Shown piece by piece: positions 27,892 through 36,664 of a DNA stretch of 64,000 bases. The notes under the pieces were generated by a model. It was not told where the DNA came from. It searched no databases and worked only from the letters and a program-made list of their open reading frames with translations. Source of the stretch: an uncultured Candidatus Rokubacteria bacterium (GTDB lineage: Bacteria > Methylomirabilota > Methylomirabilia > Rokubacteriales > CSP1-6). The position numbers and the translations under genes are program-made. Within the stretch, counting starts at the first letter, position 1. Every line of letters starts with the position of its first letter. The stretch spans positions 1,408,001 through 1,472,000 of the forward strand of contig CAVYTA010000006.1 in NCBI GenBank assembly GCA_963771355.1, read 5' to 3'.

Positions 27892-28085
27892 AGGCGTACC
27901 TCTGGCTCGTCATGATGCTGGTCTGGCTCGGCGCCCTCCTCGGGGGGCTCTGGTGGATCTGGCCGCACCTGGAGGCGATGCGGCCCACGCGCGACCTCTT
28001 CATCGGGCTCGCCTGGCTCATCGCGGGCGGAGCCGCCTGGCTCCTCGCCCTGAACCTCGGCGTCGCGCGTTACTGGCGGCGCTGA
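27888..28085 (+). CDS. Small two-TM membrane protein
   Basis: MKAYLWLVMMLVWLG...YWRR; ATGA overlap with the transporter. Confidence 0.65.
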   Translation: MKAYLWLVMMLVWLGALLGGLWWIWPHLEAMRPTRDLFIGLAWLIAGGAAWLLALNLGVARYWRR

Positions 28086-30952
28086 GGTCCGAGCAGCGCG
28101 TCGCGGAGGACCTCGGCGGGGTGGCGCGCCTGCCGCTCGGTGAGGTGCGCGATCTGCTGGCGGCAGGAGATGCCCGGCGCCACCACCACGGTGTCGGCGG
28201 CGGCCGCCTTGACCGCCGGGGCCAGGCGGCGATTGCCCAGGCTCACCGACAGATCGTAGTGCTCCTTCTCGAAGCCGAAGGCGCCCGCCATGCCGCAGCA
28301 ACCGGAGTCCACCTCCGACACCTCGTAGCCCGCCCAGGCCAGCGCGGCCACCGTGGGCGCCGTGCCCACCATGGCCTTCTGATGGCAGTGCCCGTGGAGG
28401 AGCGCCCGGCGCGGCGCGCCGCCGTTCCGCCACGGCAGCGTGAGCCCCCGCGCCCGCTCGCGGAGCAGGAATTCCTCGAGGAGATAGCTCGAGCGCGCCA
28501 CCGCGCGGGCGGCGTCGGTGCGGAGGAGGTCCACGTACTCGTCGCGGAGCGTGAGGAGGCACGAGGGCTCGAGCCCCACCACCGGAACCCCGCGTTCCAC
28601 CCACGGCGTCAGCCGGGTCACGTTCCACTCGGCGTGGTTACGCGCTTCGTCGAGCATGCCCTTGGAGATGAGGGGCCGCCCGCAACACTTCCGCCCTACC
28701 AGCTCCACCCGATAGCCCGCCGCCTCCAGCAGCTCCACCGCCGCCTGGGCGACCTCGGGCGTGTTGTAGGTATTGAAGGTGTCGTGGAAGAGAACCACGC
28801 TGCCGCGCGGGGCGACGGCGTTCGGCTTGCGCGCGTCGAACCAGTCCGTGAAGGACCGGCGCGCGAAGGCGGGCAGCGGCCGGCGGCGGTCCACCCCCAC
28901 CACCACGTCGAGCAGCCAGCGGTTGATCCGCCAGCCGCCGACCCAGTTGGAGAGGGGCGCCAGGCGCGAGCCCCACCAGGACAGATCGCCGATATGCGCG
29001 AAGAGGTCGTTGCGCATCGTGGTGGGGTGGACCTTGTAGTAGTGGTACAGGAACTCGTACTTCATCTTGGCCATGTCGACGTTGGACGGGCACTCCGCCT
29101 TGCAGCCCTTGCACTCGAGGCAGAGGTCCATGACCTCGTAGAGCCGGCGGCCGGTGAAGTCCGCCTCCGGAACCCGGCCGGAGAGCACCGCGCGGAGCGC
29201 GTTCGCGCGACCCCGGGTGGAATGCTCCTCGTCCCGCGTGGCCATATAGGACGGGCACATGGTGCCCTCGAGGTTCTTCCGGCACACGCCCACGCCATTG
29301 CACATCTCCACCGCGGCGGCGAAGCCGCCCTGCTCCCGGAAGTCGAGCAGAGTCTTGGGCTCCCAGGTCTTGTACTGGGCGCCATAGCGCATGTGCTCGG
29401 TGATGCCGGGGCTGGCCACGATATTCCCGGGATTGAGGAGGTTCTTGGGGTCGAAGGCGGCCTTGAGCTCCCGGAAGGCGCCGAACACCAGGGGCCCGAA
29501 CACGCGCTCGAGGTAGGGGCTCCGCGCCCGGCCGTCGCCGTGCTCGCTGGAGATGGCTCCCTCGAACTCGAGCACCATGTCGAAGATCTCCCCCGCCATC
29601 GCCTGGACCTGCTCGAGCCCGCGCTGGGTCTTGAGGTTGATCAGCGGGCGAATGTGCAGGCATCCCACCGAGCAGTGGCCGTAGTAGGCCCCCTCGGCGC
29701 CGTGCTTGGCCATGATGTCGCGAAAGCGCGGCACGAAGGCCGGCATGTGCTTGGGGTCCACCGCGGTGTCCTCGATGAACGCGATGGGCTTGGCGTCGCC
29801 GCGGGTGCCGAGGAGGAGGCCCAGCCCCGCCTTGCGGAGCTTCCAGATGGACTGCTGCTCGGCGGAGTCCAGGGCCACGTGGCCGGCGTAGCCGAAGCGC
29901 TCGCGCGCGCGGAGCGCCTCCAGCTTCTCCACCTTGTCCTTCGCCTCGGCCTCCGTGTCCCCCGTGTATTCCACGATGAGGATGGCGGCGGGATCGCCCT
30001 GCACGAAGGCCATGCGCTTGCTGTGCTCGATATTCGCCCGGGCGAGGTCGAGGATCATCTTGTCCGTCAGCTCGACGGCGTAGGGCCCGGTTTCCAGGAT
30101 GGCCTGCGAGGATTCCAGCGCCTCCTGGATGTCGCGATAGTGGATGACGTCCACCGAGGTGTGCTTCGGCCGTCGCACCAGCCGCACCTTGGCCTCGACG
30201 ATCGTGAACAGCGTCCCCTCCGAGCCCACCAGCAGCCGCGCCATGTTGAGCGCACCGTCCTTGATGAGCTCGTTGAGGTTGTAGCCGCAGACCCGGCGCC
30301 AGTGGCCGCGGAAGCGCCGCGCGATCTCCTCGCGGTACTGAACGCGGATCCGGGCGACCTCGGCATAGATCTGCCCCTCGAGGCCAGGGAGGCGCGTCTT
30401 GGCCGCGAACTCCGCCGGCGTCACCGTACCGAACGTGACGGGGCTGCCGTCGGCGAGAAAGCCCTTGAGCTCGATCACGTGCTCGACGGTGAGGCCGTAG
30501 GCGATGGAGTGACTGCCGCCGGAGTTGTTCCCGAGCATGCCGCCGAGGGTGGCCCGGTTCGAGGTCGAGGTGTCGGGACCGAAGAGGAGGCCCGGCCCGC
30601 GGACGTGGTGGTTCAGCTCGTCCTGGACCAGCCCCGGCTGCACCCGGGCCCAGAGCTCCTCCGTATTGACCTCCAGCACCCTGTTCATGTAGCGCGAGAA
30701 GTCGAGCACCACCGCGTGGTTCACCGTCTGGCCGGTGAGCGAAGTGCCGCCGCCGCGCGCGAGCAGCGGCGCGCTCAGCCGATTGGCCACCTCCAGCACC
30801 GCTTGCACGTCGTCGGCGTGACGCGGGATCACCACCCCGATGGGCTCCACCTGGTACATGGACGCGTCGGTGGAGTACAGCAGGCGCGAGTAGGGGTCGA
30901 AGCGGACATCGCCCTCGACGGCGCGGCGCAAGGCGTGCTCGAGTTCGCTCAT
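28070..30952 (-). CDS. FAD-binding and (Fe-S)-binding oxidoreductase (YdiJ/GlcD-GlcF fusion type)
   Basis: RGGGTSLTGQ, ATLGGM.GNN, SEHGDG, CNGVGVC, CLECKGCKAECP, CCG domains. Confidence 0.95.
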   Translation of the reverse strand: MSELEHALRRAVEGDVRFDPYSRLLYSTDASMYQVEPIGVVIPRHADDVQAVLEVANRLSAPLLARGGGTSLTGQTVNHAVVLDFSRYMNRVLEVNTEELWARVQPGLVQDELNHHVRGPGLLFGPDTSTSNRATLGGMLGNNSGGSHSIAYGLTVEHVIELKGFLADGSPVTFGTVTPAEFAAKTRLPGLEGQIYAEVARIRVQYREEIARRFRGHWRRVCGYNLNELIKDGALNMARLLVGSEGTLFTIVEAKVRLVRRPKHTSVDVIHYRDIQEALESSQAILETGPYAVELTDKMILDLARANIEHSKRMAFVQGDPAAILIVEYTGDTEAEAKDKVEKLEALRARERFGYAGHVALDSAEQQSIWKLRKAGLGLLLGTRGDAKPIAFIEDTAVDPKHMPAFVPRFRDIMAKHGAEGAYYGHCSVGCLHIRPLINLKTQRGLEQVQAMAGEIFDMVLEFEGAISSEHGDGRARSPYLERVFGPLVFGAFRELKAAFDPKNLLNPGNIVASPGITEHMRYGAQYKTWEPKTLLDFREQGGFAAAVEMCNGVGVCRKNLEGTMCPSYMATRDEEHSTRGRANALRAVLSGRVPEADFTGRRLYEVMDLCLECKGCKAECPSNVDMAKMKYEFLYHYYKVHPTTMRNDLFAHIGDLSWWGSRLAPLSNWVGGWRINRWLLDVVVGVDRRRPLPAFARRSFTDWFDARKPNAVAPRGSVVLFHDTFNTYNTPEVAQAAVELLEAAGYRVELVGRKCCGRPLISKGMLDEARNHAEWNVTRLTPWVERGVPVVGLEPSCLLTLRDEYVDLLRTDAARAVARSSYLLEEFLLRERARGLTLPWRNGGAPRRALLHGHCHQKAMVGTAPTVAALAWAGYEVSEVDSGCCGMAGAFGFEKEHYDLSVSLGNRRLAPAVKAAAADTVVVAPGISCRQQIAHLTERQARHPAEVLRDALLGPQRRQ

Positions 30953-30976
30953 GCGCGGATTATACTGGATGACGTC

Positions 30977-31480
30977 ATGGCCCGATCACGCCTTCTCCGC
31001 CCCGGCGCCGCGCTCGCGCTCGTCCTGGTGCTCGCGGGGCCGGCGGCGGCCGCGCCCGACACGCCCGCGGCGCCGGCCTTCTCCGCCCGGCTCCTCGACG
31101 AGGGCCGGACGCTGGACTCCCGCGCGCTCATCGGCAAGAAGGTGGTGGTGCTCCGCTTCCAGGGCTCGTGGTGCAAGGTGTGCACCGCGCAGGCGGGGGC
31201 GATCCAGCGGCTCACCGAGAAGTACGGCCCGCGCGACGTCGAGGTGATCGGCGTCCACGTCAACGAGACCGCCGCCGACGCCCGCGCCTGGCGCAAGCGC
31301 TACAAGCAGACCTACGCGGCCGCCCTCGACCCCGGCGCGCGCATCGCCACCCGATTCGGCTTCAAGCGCGCCCCCTATACGGTGGTGATCGACAAGAAGG
31401 GCGAGATGGTCGCGCGCATCACCGGCTCCGCCGACGAGGCGCGCCTGGCCAAGATCATCGAGCCCCTGCTCGCCCCCTAG
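30977..31480 (+). CDS. TlpA/peroxiredoxin-like exported thioredoxin-fold protein
   Basis: Signal peptide, APAFS, F.GSWCKVC, PYTVVIDKKG. Confidence 0.85.
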   Translation: MARSRLLRPGAALALVLVLAGPAAAAPDTPAAPAFSARLLDEGRTLDSRALIGKKVVVLRFQGSWCKVCTAQAGAIQRLTEKYGPRDVEVIGVHVNETAADARAWRKRYKQTYAAALDPGARIATRFGFKRAPYTVVIDKKGEMVARITGSADEARLAKIIEPLLAP

Positions 31481-32526
31481 GGCTTGAGCATCACCTTGAT
31501 GGCGCCCTCTTCCTTCTTGTCGAAGATGGCATAGCCCCGCGGCGCCTCGTCGAGGCCGATGGTGTGCGTGATGATGCGACGCGGGCTCAGCCGGCCCGCC
31601 TGGACCAGCCCCATCAGCGGCGTGATGTAGTTCCGCGCATTGCAGATGCCCATCCGGAGGGTGAGGTCCTTGAAGAACGCCTCGCGCACCGGGAAGCCGA
31701 TGGCGTCCTCCACGTAGACTCCCACCGAGGACACCGTGCCGCCCGGGCGCACCGCCATGATGGCCTGGGAGAACGGCACCTCGTGCCCCACGCACTCCAG
31801 CACGGCGTCGGGTCCGCGCCCGGCCGTCTGGGCCCGGAGCTGCTGGACCGGGTCGCCCGCGTCGAGGTTCACCGGGATGCCGCCCAGCTCCTCCACCAGC
31901 TTCAGGCGATAGTCCACGCGGTCCACCACGTAGACCCGACTGGGGCCGAAGAGATGCGCCGACTGCAGCGCGAAGAGCCCCACCGGGCCCGCGCCGAAGA
32001 TCGCGACGTGGTCGCCCGGCCGGATGCCCGCATTCTCGGCGCAGAAATAGCCGGTGGAGAGGATGTCACCGAGGAAGAAGGCGTCCTCATCCGCCATCCC
32101 CTCGGGAACCTTCTCGCACATGAAGTCGGCGAACGGCACTCGGATGCGCTCCGCCTGCCCGCCCGGATAGACGTGGCCGAATCGGCCGCCGAACACGGCG
32201 CGCCCCGTCACCGAGCACTGGGTGGGCAGCCGCATCCGGCACCAGTCGCAGGTCCCGCAGGAGATGGAAAAGGGAGCGACGATGCGGTCGCCGCGCTTCA
32301 CCTTGGTGACTCCCGACCCGGCGTCCTCCACCACGCCCATGAACTCGTGGCCGAGCACCACGCCCTTGGGCAGTCCCGGCACTCGCCCGTGATACTGGTG
32401 GAGATCGGAGCCGCAGATGGCGCTGGTGGTGATGCGCACCACCACGTCCCCGGGATCGACCAGCTTGGGATCCGCCACCGACTCCACCCGGACATCGCCG
32501 GTCCCGTGCAGCGTGATCGCCTTCAT
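31477..32526 (-). CDS. Zinc-dependent alcohol/aldehyde dehydrogenase (MDR family)
   Basis: ICGSDLH, GHE, CGTCDWC...C, GDILSTG, GAGPVG. Confidence 0.95.
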   Translation of the reverse strand: MKAITLHGTGDVRVESVADPKLVDPGDVVVRITTSAICGSDLHQYHGRVPGLPKGVVLGHEFMGVVEDAGSGVTKVKRGDRIVAPFSISCGTCDWCRMRLPTQCSVTGRAVFGGRFGHVYPGGQAERIRVPFADFMCEKVPEGMADEDAFFLGDILSTGYFCAENAGIRPGDHVAIFGAGPVGLFALQSAHLFGPSRVYVVDRVDYRLKLVEELGGIPVNLDAGDPVQQLRAQTAGRGPDAVLECVGHEVPFSQAIMAVRPGGTVSSVGVYVEDAIGFPVREAFFKDLTLRMGICNARNYITPLMGLVQAGRLSPRRIITHTIGLDEAPRGYAIFDKKEEGAIKVMLKP

Positions 32527-32545
32527 GGTTTGGCTCCTTGGCCGA

Positions 32546-33304
32546 TCAGAGATTGCCGAAGTGGGCGAGATGGATCCCCTCACGGGCGAGCAGGGCGCGT
32601 GCCTCCGGCGCGGTGAGGCCCGCGACCTCGGTCTCCCGCTGCTTGCCGTAGCGGCTGTAGGCGAGCTCCTCGTCGAAGTAGCCGGGATGGGTCATGAACT
32701 CGCTGACGCCGGGCGGGAGCGCGATGAGCTGCTCGAGCACGCGCTCGCGGGACCAGTAGGGATCGGGGCCCGACTCGCCCATGAAGTGATCGGGAGTGCG
32801 GATGCGATCTTTCTTCGCCCGCGCTCGCACCTGCGCGTCCTGGGCGCGCATGGGGATCCTGAGCGCATGCGCGAAGAAGCAGAGCAGGTCGAGGAGGGCG
32901 CCGTCCTTCGCCACGTGGTGGTGGCTATCGAGGTGGGTGGGAAAGCGCCCCATGAGCCGCTGGAACTCCTCGATCTGATTCCCCATCTCGATGCGGGCCT
33001 CGTCCGGCTTGGCCCGCTCGGCCTGGACGCGCGCGTCCCGCACGAGCTGCCCCTCCCCGTCCAGCAGCGAGGCGACGCGCCGCGGATCGGAGATCGGCGT
33101 CCCCAGCGTGAGGTTGACGTGAAGCCCCACCCCCAGCCCCGAGCTCCGGAGCGCCTCGAGCTGCGCCGGATCGGCCCCGCGATTCACCATGAGGGTGGTG
33201 CTGGTCACGATGCCGTTCTGGTAGCACTCGAGGATGCCCCGGCTCACGCCCCGCGTGAGGCCGAAGTCGTCGGCGTTGACGATGAGCCGGCGCGCCGCGC
33301 TCAC
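32546..33304 (-). CDS. ChbG/HpnK (YdjC) family carbohydrate deacetylase
   Basis: LIVNADDFG, GLHVNL, HLDSHHH, MTHPG. Confidence 0.92.
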   Translation of the reverse strand: MSAARRLIVNADDFGLTRGVSRGILECYQNGIVTSTTLMVNRGADPAQLEALRSSGLGVGLHVNLTLGTPISDPRRVASLLDGEGQLVRDARVQAERAKPDEARIEMGNQIEEFQRLMGRFPTHLDSHHHVAKDGALLDLLCFFAHALRIPMRAQDAQVRARAKKDRIRTPDHFMGESGPDPYWSRERVLEQLIALPPGVSEFMTHPGYFDEELAYSRYGKQRETEVAGLTAPEARALLAREGIHLAHFGNL

Positions 33305-33615
33305 CGCTGCCCCATCACGCGACGGAAGTAGAGCCGGAGCGCCTCCTTGAGCTGGGCGCGCGGCCCCGCCCCGGTCTGAGCATCCTCCAGCAGGTCGAGC
33401 TCGAGCGGGAGCGGCACGCCTTCCTTCTTGACGCCGTCCAGCTCGGCGGTGAGCCCGCAGCGCTCGTCGGATTCGGTGAAGACGAGCTTGGCGCGGCTGA
33501 AGGTCTTGTCCTCCTGGGCGAGCTGCTCCACCGTTTCCACGAGGAGCCGCTTGATGGCCTCCTGGTCGGGCCCCAGCACCGACGAGAACGCGGCAGTCAA
33601 GTTGATCTCGGCCAT
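33301..33615 (-). CDS. Hypothetical protein
   Basis: 104-aa ORF with host-like codon usage, GTGA-coupled to the YdjC gene. Confidence 0.7.
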   Translation of the reverse strand: MAEINLTAAFSSVLGPDQEAIKRLLVETVEQLAQEDKTFSRAKLVFTESDERCGLTAELDGVKKEGVPLPLELDLLEDAQTGAGPRAQLKEALRLYFRRVMGQR

Positions 33616-33624
33616 GGCGCCCGC

Positions 33625-35480
33625 CTAGACGCCCGCCGCGCTGGCGTCGCTGGTGGCGTCCAGCCCGGCCTCGAGGCCCTTTCGCGTGACCCGGATGGCG
33701 ATGGGTCGGGCGAAGAAGAAATTCCCGACGGAGCAGTGCTTGGGGGTCACCGGGTGCTTGCGCTTGCGGAGCCCGGTCACGGCGGCCTCGCCTATCCGGT
33801 CGTCCACCAGCAGCTCGCCGCCTTCCGTGTAGAGCCGCGGCGCCTCCACCGCGGCCTGCGGGGCATCGCCCGCATCGGCCATGTTGGAGATCACCTGCGG
33901 GACCACCGCGACGATCTTCCGGCCGCCCGGAGCGCCCAGGGTGAAGAGTGGCTCCCCCTTGCGGAATCCCAGCACCGGCACCATGTTCACCAGCGGGCGC
34001 TTGCCGGCGGCCACGGAGTTCACGCGCCCCGGCTCGGGGTCGAACCAGATCATCCCGTTCTGGAGCAGGATGCCGGTGCCCGGCACCACCATCCGCGCGC
34101 CGAACAGCGAGACGGCGGTATTGGTGAACGACACCATGTTTCGCTGCCGGTCGATGCAACCGATGTGGGTCGTGCAATCGTTGGAGTTCGCCATCAGCGG
34201 GGGCCTAGAAATGGCCCCCGCTCTCCCCCCACCGCGGACACTCCCATTGGCTCCCGCTCTCCCCTCACCGCGGACACCCCCGTGGCCCCCGCTCTCTCCC
34301 CGCCGCGGACTTTCCCGTTTTTGCTATCGCGGACACTTCCTTTGGCCTCTGCTCTCCCCGCGCTGCGGGCATCACCGCCGTATTTCCACGGGTCGGGCGC
34401 GGAGGCGGTGGTGCGGGGGCCGTCGGGCTTGATCTGGCGGGCGAGGTCGTGCGCGTAGGTGCGCGAGGCGAGCCCGTCCCAGGGAGCGGTGACGCGGAGC
34501 GCGTCGCCGAGATAGCGCAGGCGGTCGAGAAACGCCAGCCGCACCGCCTCGGCGCGCACGTGGAGCCCGCCGAGCGTGCGATAGGTCACTTGCGCCCGCG
34601 GGAACTCCGCGAGGAGGTTCAAGATCTCGAGCGCGGTGATGCCGCCGGTCGCTCCGGGCATGAACGCCAGCTCGAGGCCGCGATAACCGCCCGTCAGCGG
34701 AGAGAGCACCCGGGCCTCGTAGCCGGCCAGGTCGTCCCGGGTGAGAAAGCCGCCCCCGCCCTGCACCTCCTCGTGAATGGCCTGGGCGATGGCGCCCCGG
34801 TAGAACGCGTCCGGCCCCTCCTTCGCGATGAGCCGAAGGCTCCGCCCGAGGTCGGGCTGGCGCAAGACGTCGCCGTCCTGGCTGGCGGGTGGCCGATAGA
34901 TGTCCAGCCCGTCGCGCAAGTAGGTGCGCGCGGTCTCGGGAAACGCGCGGAGCTCGCGGGTGTAGAGCGAGATCGTCTGCGCGACGTACCAGTCGGGGAT
35001 GAAGCCCTCTTCCGCGAGCCGGATGGCCGGCGCCAGCACGTCGGCCAGGGTCATGGTGCCGTAGCGCTGCAACGCCAGGCAGAGACCGGCCACCGAGCCG
35101 GGGATGGCGACGGCCCGCGGGCCGAACACATTGGCGTCCCCCACCACGCGGCGCCACGGGAAGAGGTCGTCGGACACGCCCTCACCGAGCTCGTAGCAGT
35201 GCTCGTGCGCCCGGGCGGGCGCCTCCACGTTGGCGTCGATGGCCACGGTCTCGCCGCGCCGGGCCATGTGGATGAGGAAGCTGCCCCCGCCGGCGAGCGT
35301 GGACATGAACGGCTCCACCACCGGCATCGCGAACGCGGTGGCCACCGCCGCGTCCACCGCGTTCCCACCGCGGGCGAGGATGCCCGCGCCCACCTCGGCG
35401 CCGATGGGATGCTCGGCCACCACCATGCCCCGGGCGGCGAAGGGTGTCTGCTTGGTCATCCGGAGGGTGCTACGGATCAT
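33625..35480 (-). CDS. ggt: Gamma-glutamyltransferase with a repeat insertion before the autocleavage Thr; one frameshift near 34280
   Basis: GGNAVDAAVA, PGSVAG, FYRG.IA in the large subunit; TTH..., FG...VVPGTGILLQN, GKRP, GAPGG in the small subunit. Confidence 0.9.
34196..34365. repeat. REP-derived about 36-bp tandem repeat (3-4 degenerate units) inside ggt
   Basis: Units TGGC(C/T)CCCGCTCTC...CCGCGGAC at 34212, 34248 and 34283, partial at about 34343; begins with the same palindrome as 4254. Confidence 0.8.
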
Positions 35481-36097
35481 GCGGCCGTCTCCTTTGGGAA
35501 CTCGAAGGGATGCAGGCCCACCTGCCAGATGCCCGCGTCGTTGTGGATGAGCAGGCAGACGCGGATGCCGTTCCCCCGATGCGCGGTCCAGAGGAAGGTC
35601 CCCGCGTCGGCGGCATCGCCGCATTCGTCGCAGACCCAGGCGACGCGGAACAGCTCCGGCTCGTGCTGGGCGGCGGCATGGGCGACGGGATCCACGTAGA
35701 GCGGCATCTCGGCCGGCATGAAGGCGGACAGATCCTCGAGATACGGCACCACCGGTCGCCCGGGCGCGGCCTTCCACGCCTCGATGAGGGGCAGCACCGG
35801 CGCCTCGTCCGTCACCGCGAGGAATTCCCCGTCGTCGATCAGCTCACCGCGCGCGATCCGGCACTCGGAGAGAAAGTCGCGGAGCGCGGGCAGCCCCACG
35901 CCGCCACGATAGAGCCGCGCCGCGAAGTCCTCCCGCTCCGTGGGCGCGAGCAGGAAGCGCGGCGCGGGCGGCAGTCCCTCGAGTGCGGGTCCCGCCACCT
36001 GGTACATCCGGGGGCCGCCCGGACGCTCGGCGCGCGCGCCATGCCAGAGGAGGGTGGCGGTGTCCCCCGGATGAATCCAGTCCGGTGCGTCAGCCAT
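35477..36097 (-). CDS. Hypothetical protein with CxxC (WVCDEC)
   Basis: 206-aa ORF, ATGA-coupled to ggt. Confidence 0.7.
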   Translation of the reverse strand: MADAPDWIHPGDTATLLWHGARAERPGGPRMYQVAGPALEGLPPAPRFLLAPTEREDFAARLYRGGVGLPALRDFLSECRIARGELIDDGEFLAVTDEAPVLPLIEAWKAAPGRPVVPYLEDLSAFMPAEMPLYVDPVAHAAAQHEPELFRVAWVCDECGDAADAGTFLWTAHRGNGIRVCLLIHNDAGIWQVGLHPFEFPKETAA

Positions 36098-36108
36098 GCC
36101 GCCTTCGG

Positions 36109-36633
36109 CTACTCGGTGAGGAAGAAATGAGGATCGACCCGCCGGATCATGTCCGTCACGCCCTTGTCGTCGAAGTAGAGAACCCATCCGAGCGGATAGG
36201 TCCACGCTTCCTTCGCCTTGGTCGAGATCTGGGCCCAGTGGACCTTGGCCTTCATCTTCATGAGGGCAGGATCGCTGGTCTGCTCGAGCGGCTCGTCGAG
36301 GAGGGCCCGGACCTCGCTGGGCGTGCTGCCCTCGGCCACCTGACGCCAGAACCGGAACTCGCTGTAGCGCGTGGTCTGCTCTATCTCGGGATGCTCGCGC
36401 AGGTACTTGAAGACGCGTTCGTCCATCTGGTCCTTCCACTGCCGCTTCTCGTCGAAGTTGGGCTCGCGACCGCTGGTTGCCGAGACCTTGGCGTAGAACA
36501 TCTCCTCCGCGCGGGGCCCGCGGCCCATCCGCTCGGGGATATCGGTCTTGGGAATCCAGAACCCGCAGCCGCCCACGCCGAGCGTTACCGACAGGACCGC
36601 CGGGATCACCCACCTGGACACAGGCCGATTCAT
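36109..36633 (-). CDS. Putative lipoprotein (BamE/SmpA-like C-terminal fold possible)
   Basis: Lipobox VGGC; G.T.SEVRALL.EP...E.WTY..LYFD pattern. Confidence 0.65.
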   Translation of the reverse strand: MNRPVSRWVIPAVLSVTLGVGGCGFWIPKTDIPERMGRGPRAEEMFYAKVSATSGREPNFDEKRQWKDQMDERVFKYLREHPEIEQTTRYSEFRFWRQVAEGSTPSEVRALLDEPLEQTSDPALMKMKAKVHWAQISTKAKEAWTYPLGWVLYFDDKGVTDMIRRVDPHFFLTE

Positions 36634-36664
36634 TCCATCCTCCTTTTCAAGAGGTTACACCCCA

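Noticed and set aside
27953..30950. Very long ORFs antisense to real genes (e.g. 27953-31480, 36548-39499, 8568-10703)
   Set aside because: Shadow frames expected at about 70% GC. Only their ends that match real genes (TlpA, SDR remnant) carry recognisable motifs.
33625..34196. Naturally split two-gene GGT
   Set aside because: The repeat periodicity (36, 35 bp) and peptide phase show that one missing base in a C run explains the break. Kept only as an alternative reading.
34212..34365. About 36-bp periodic repeats as a CRISPR array
   Set aside because: The units are contiguous and degenerate, with no unique spacers and no cas genes.
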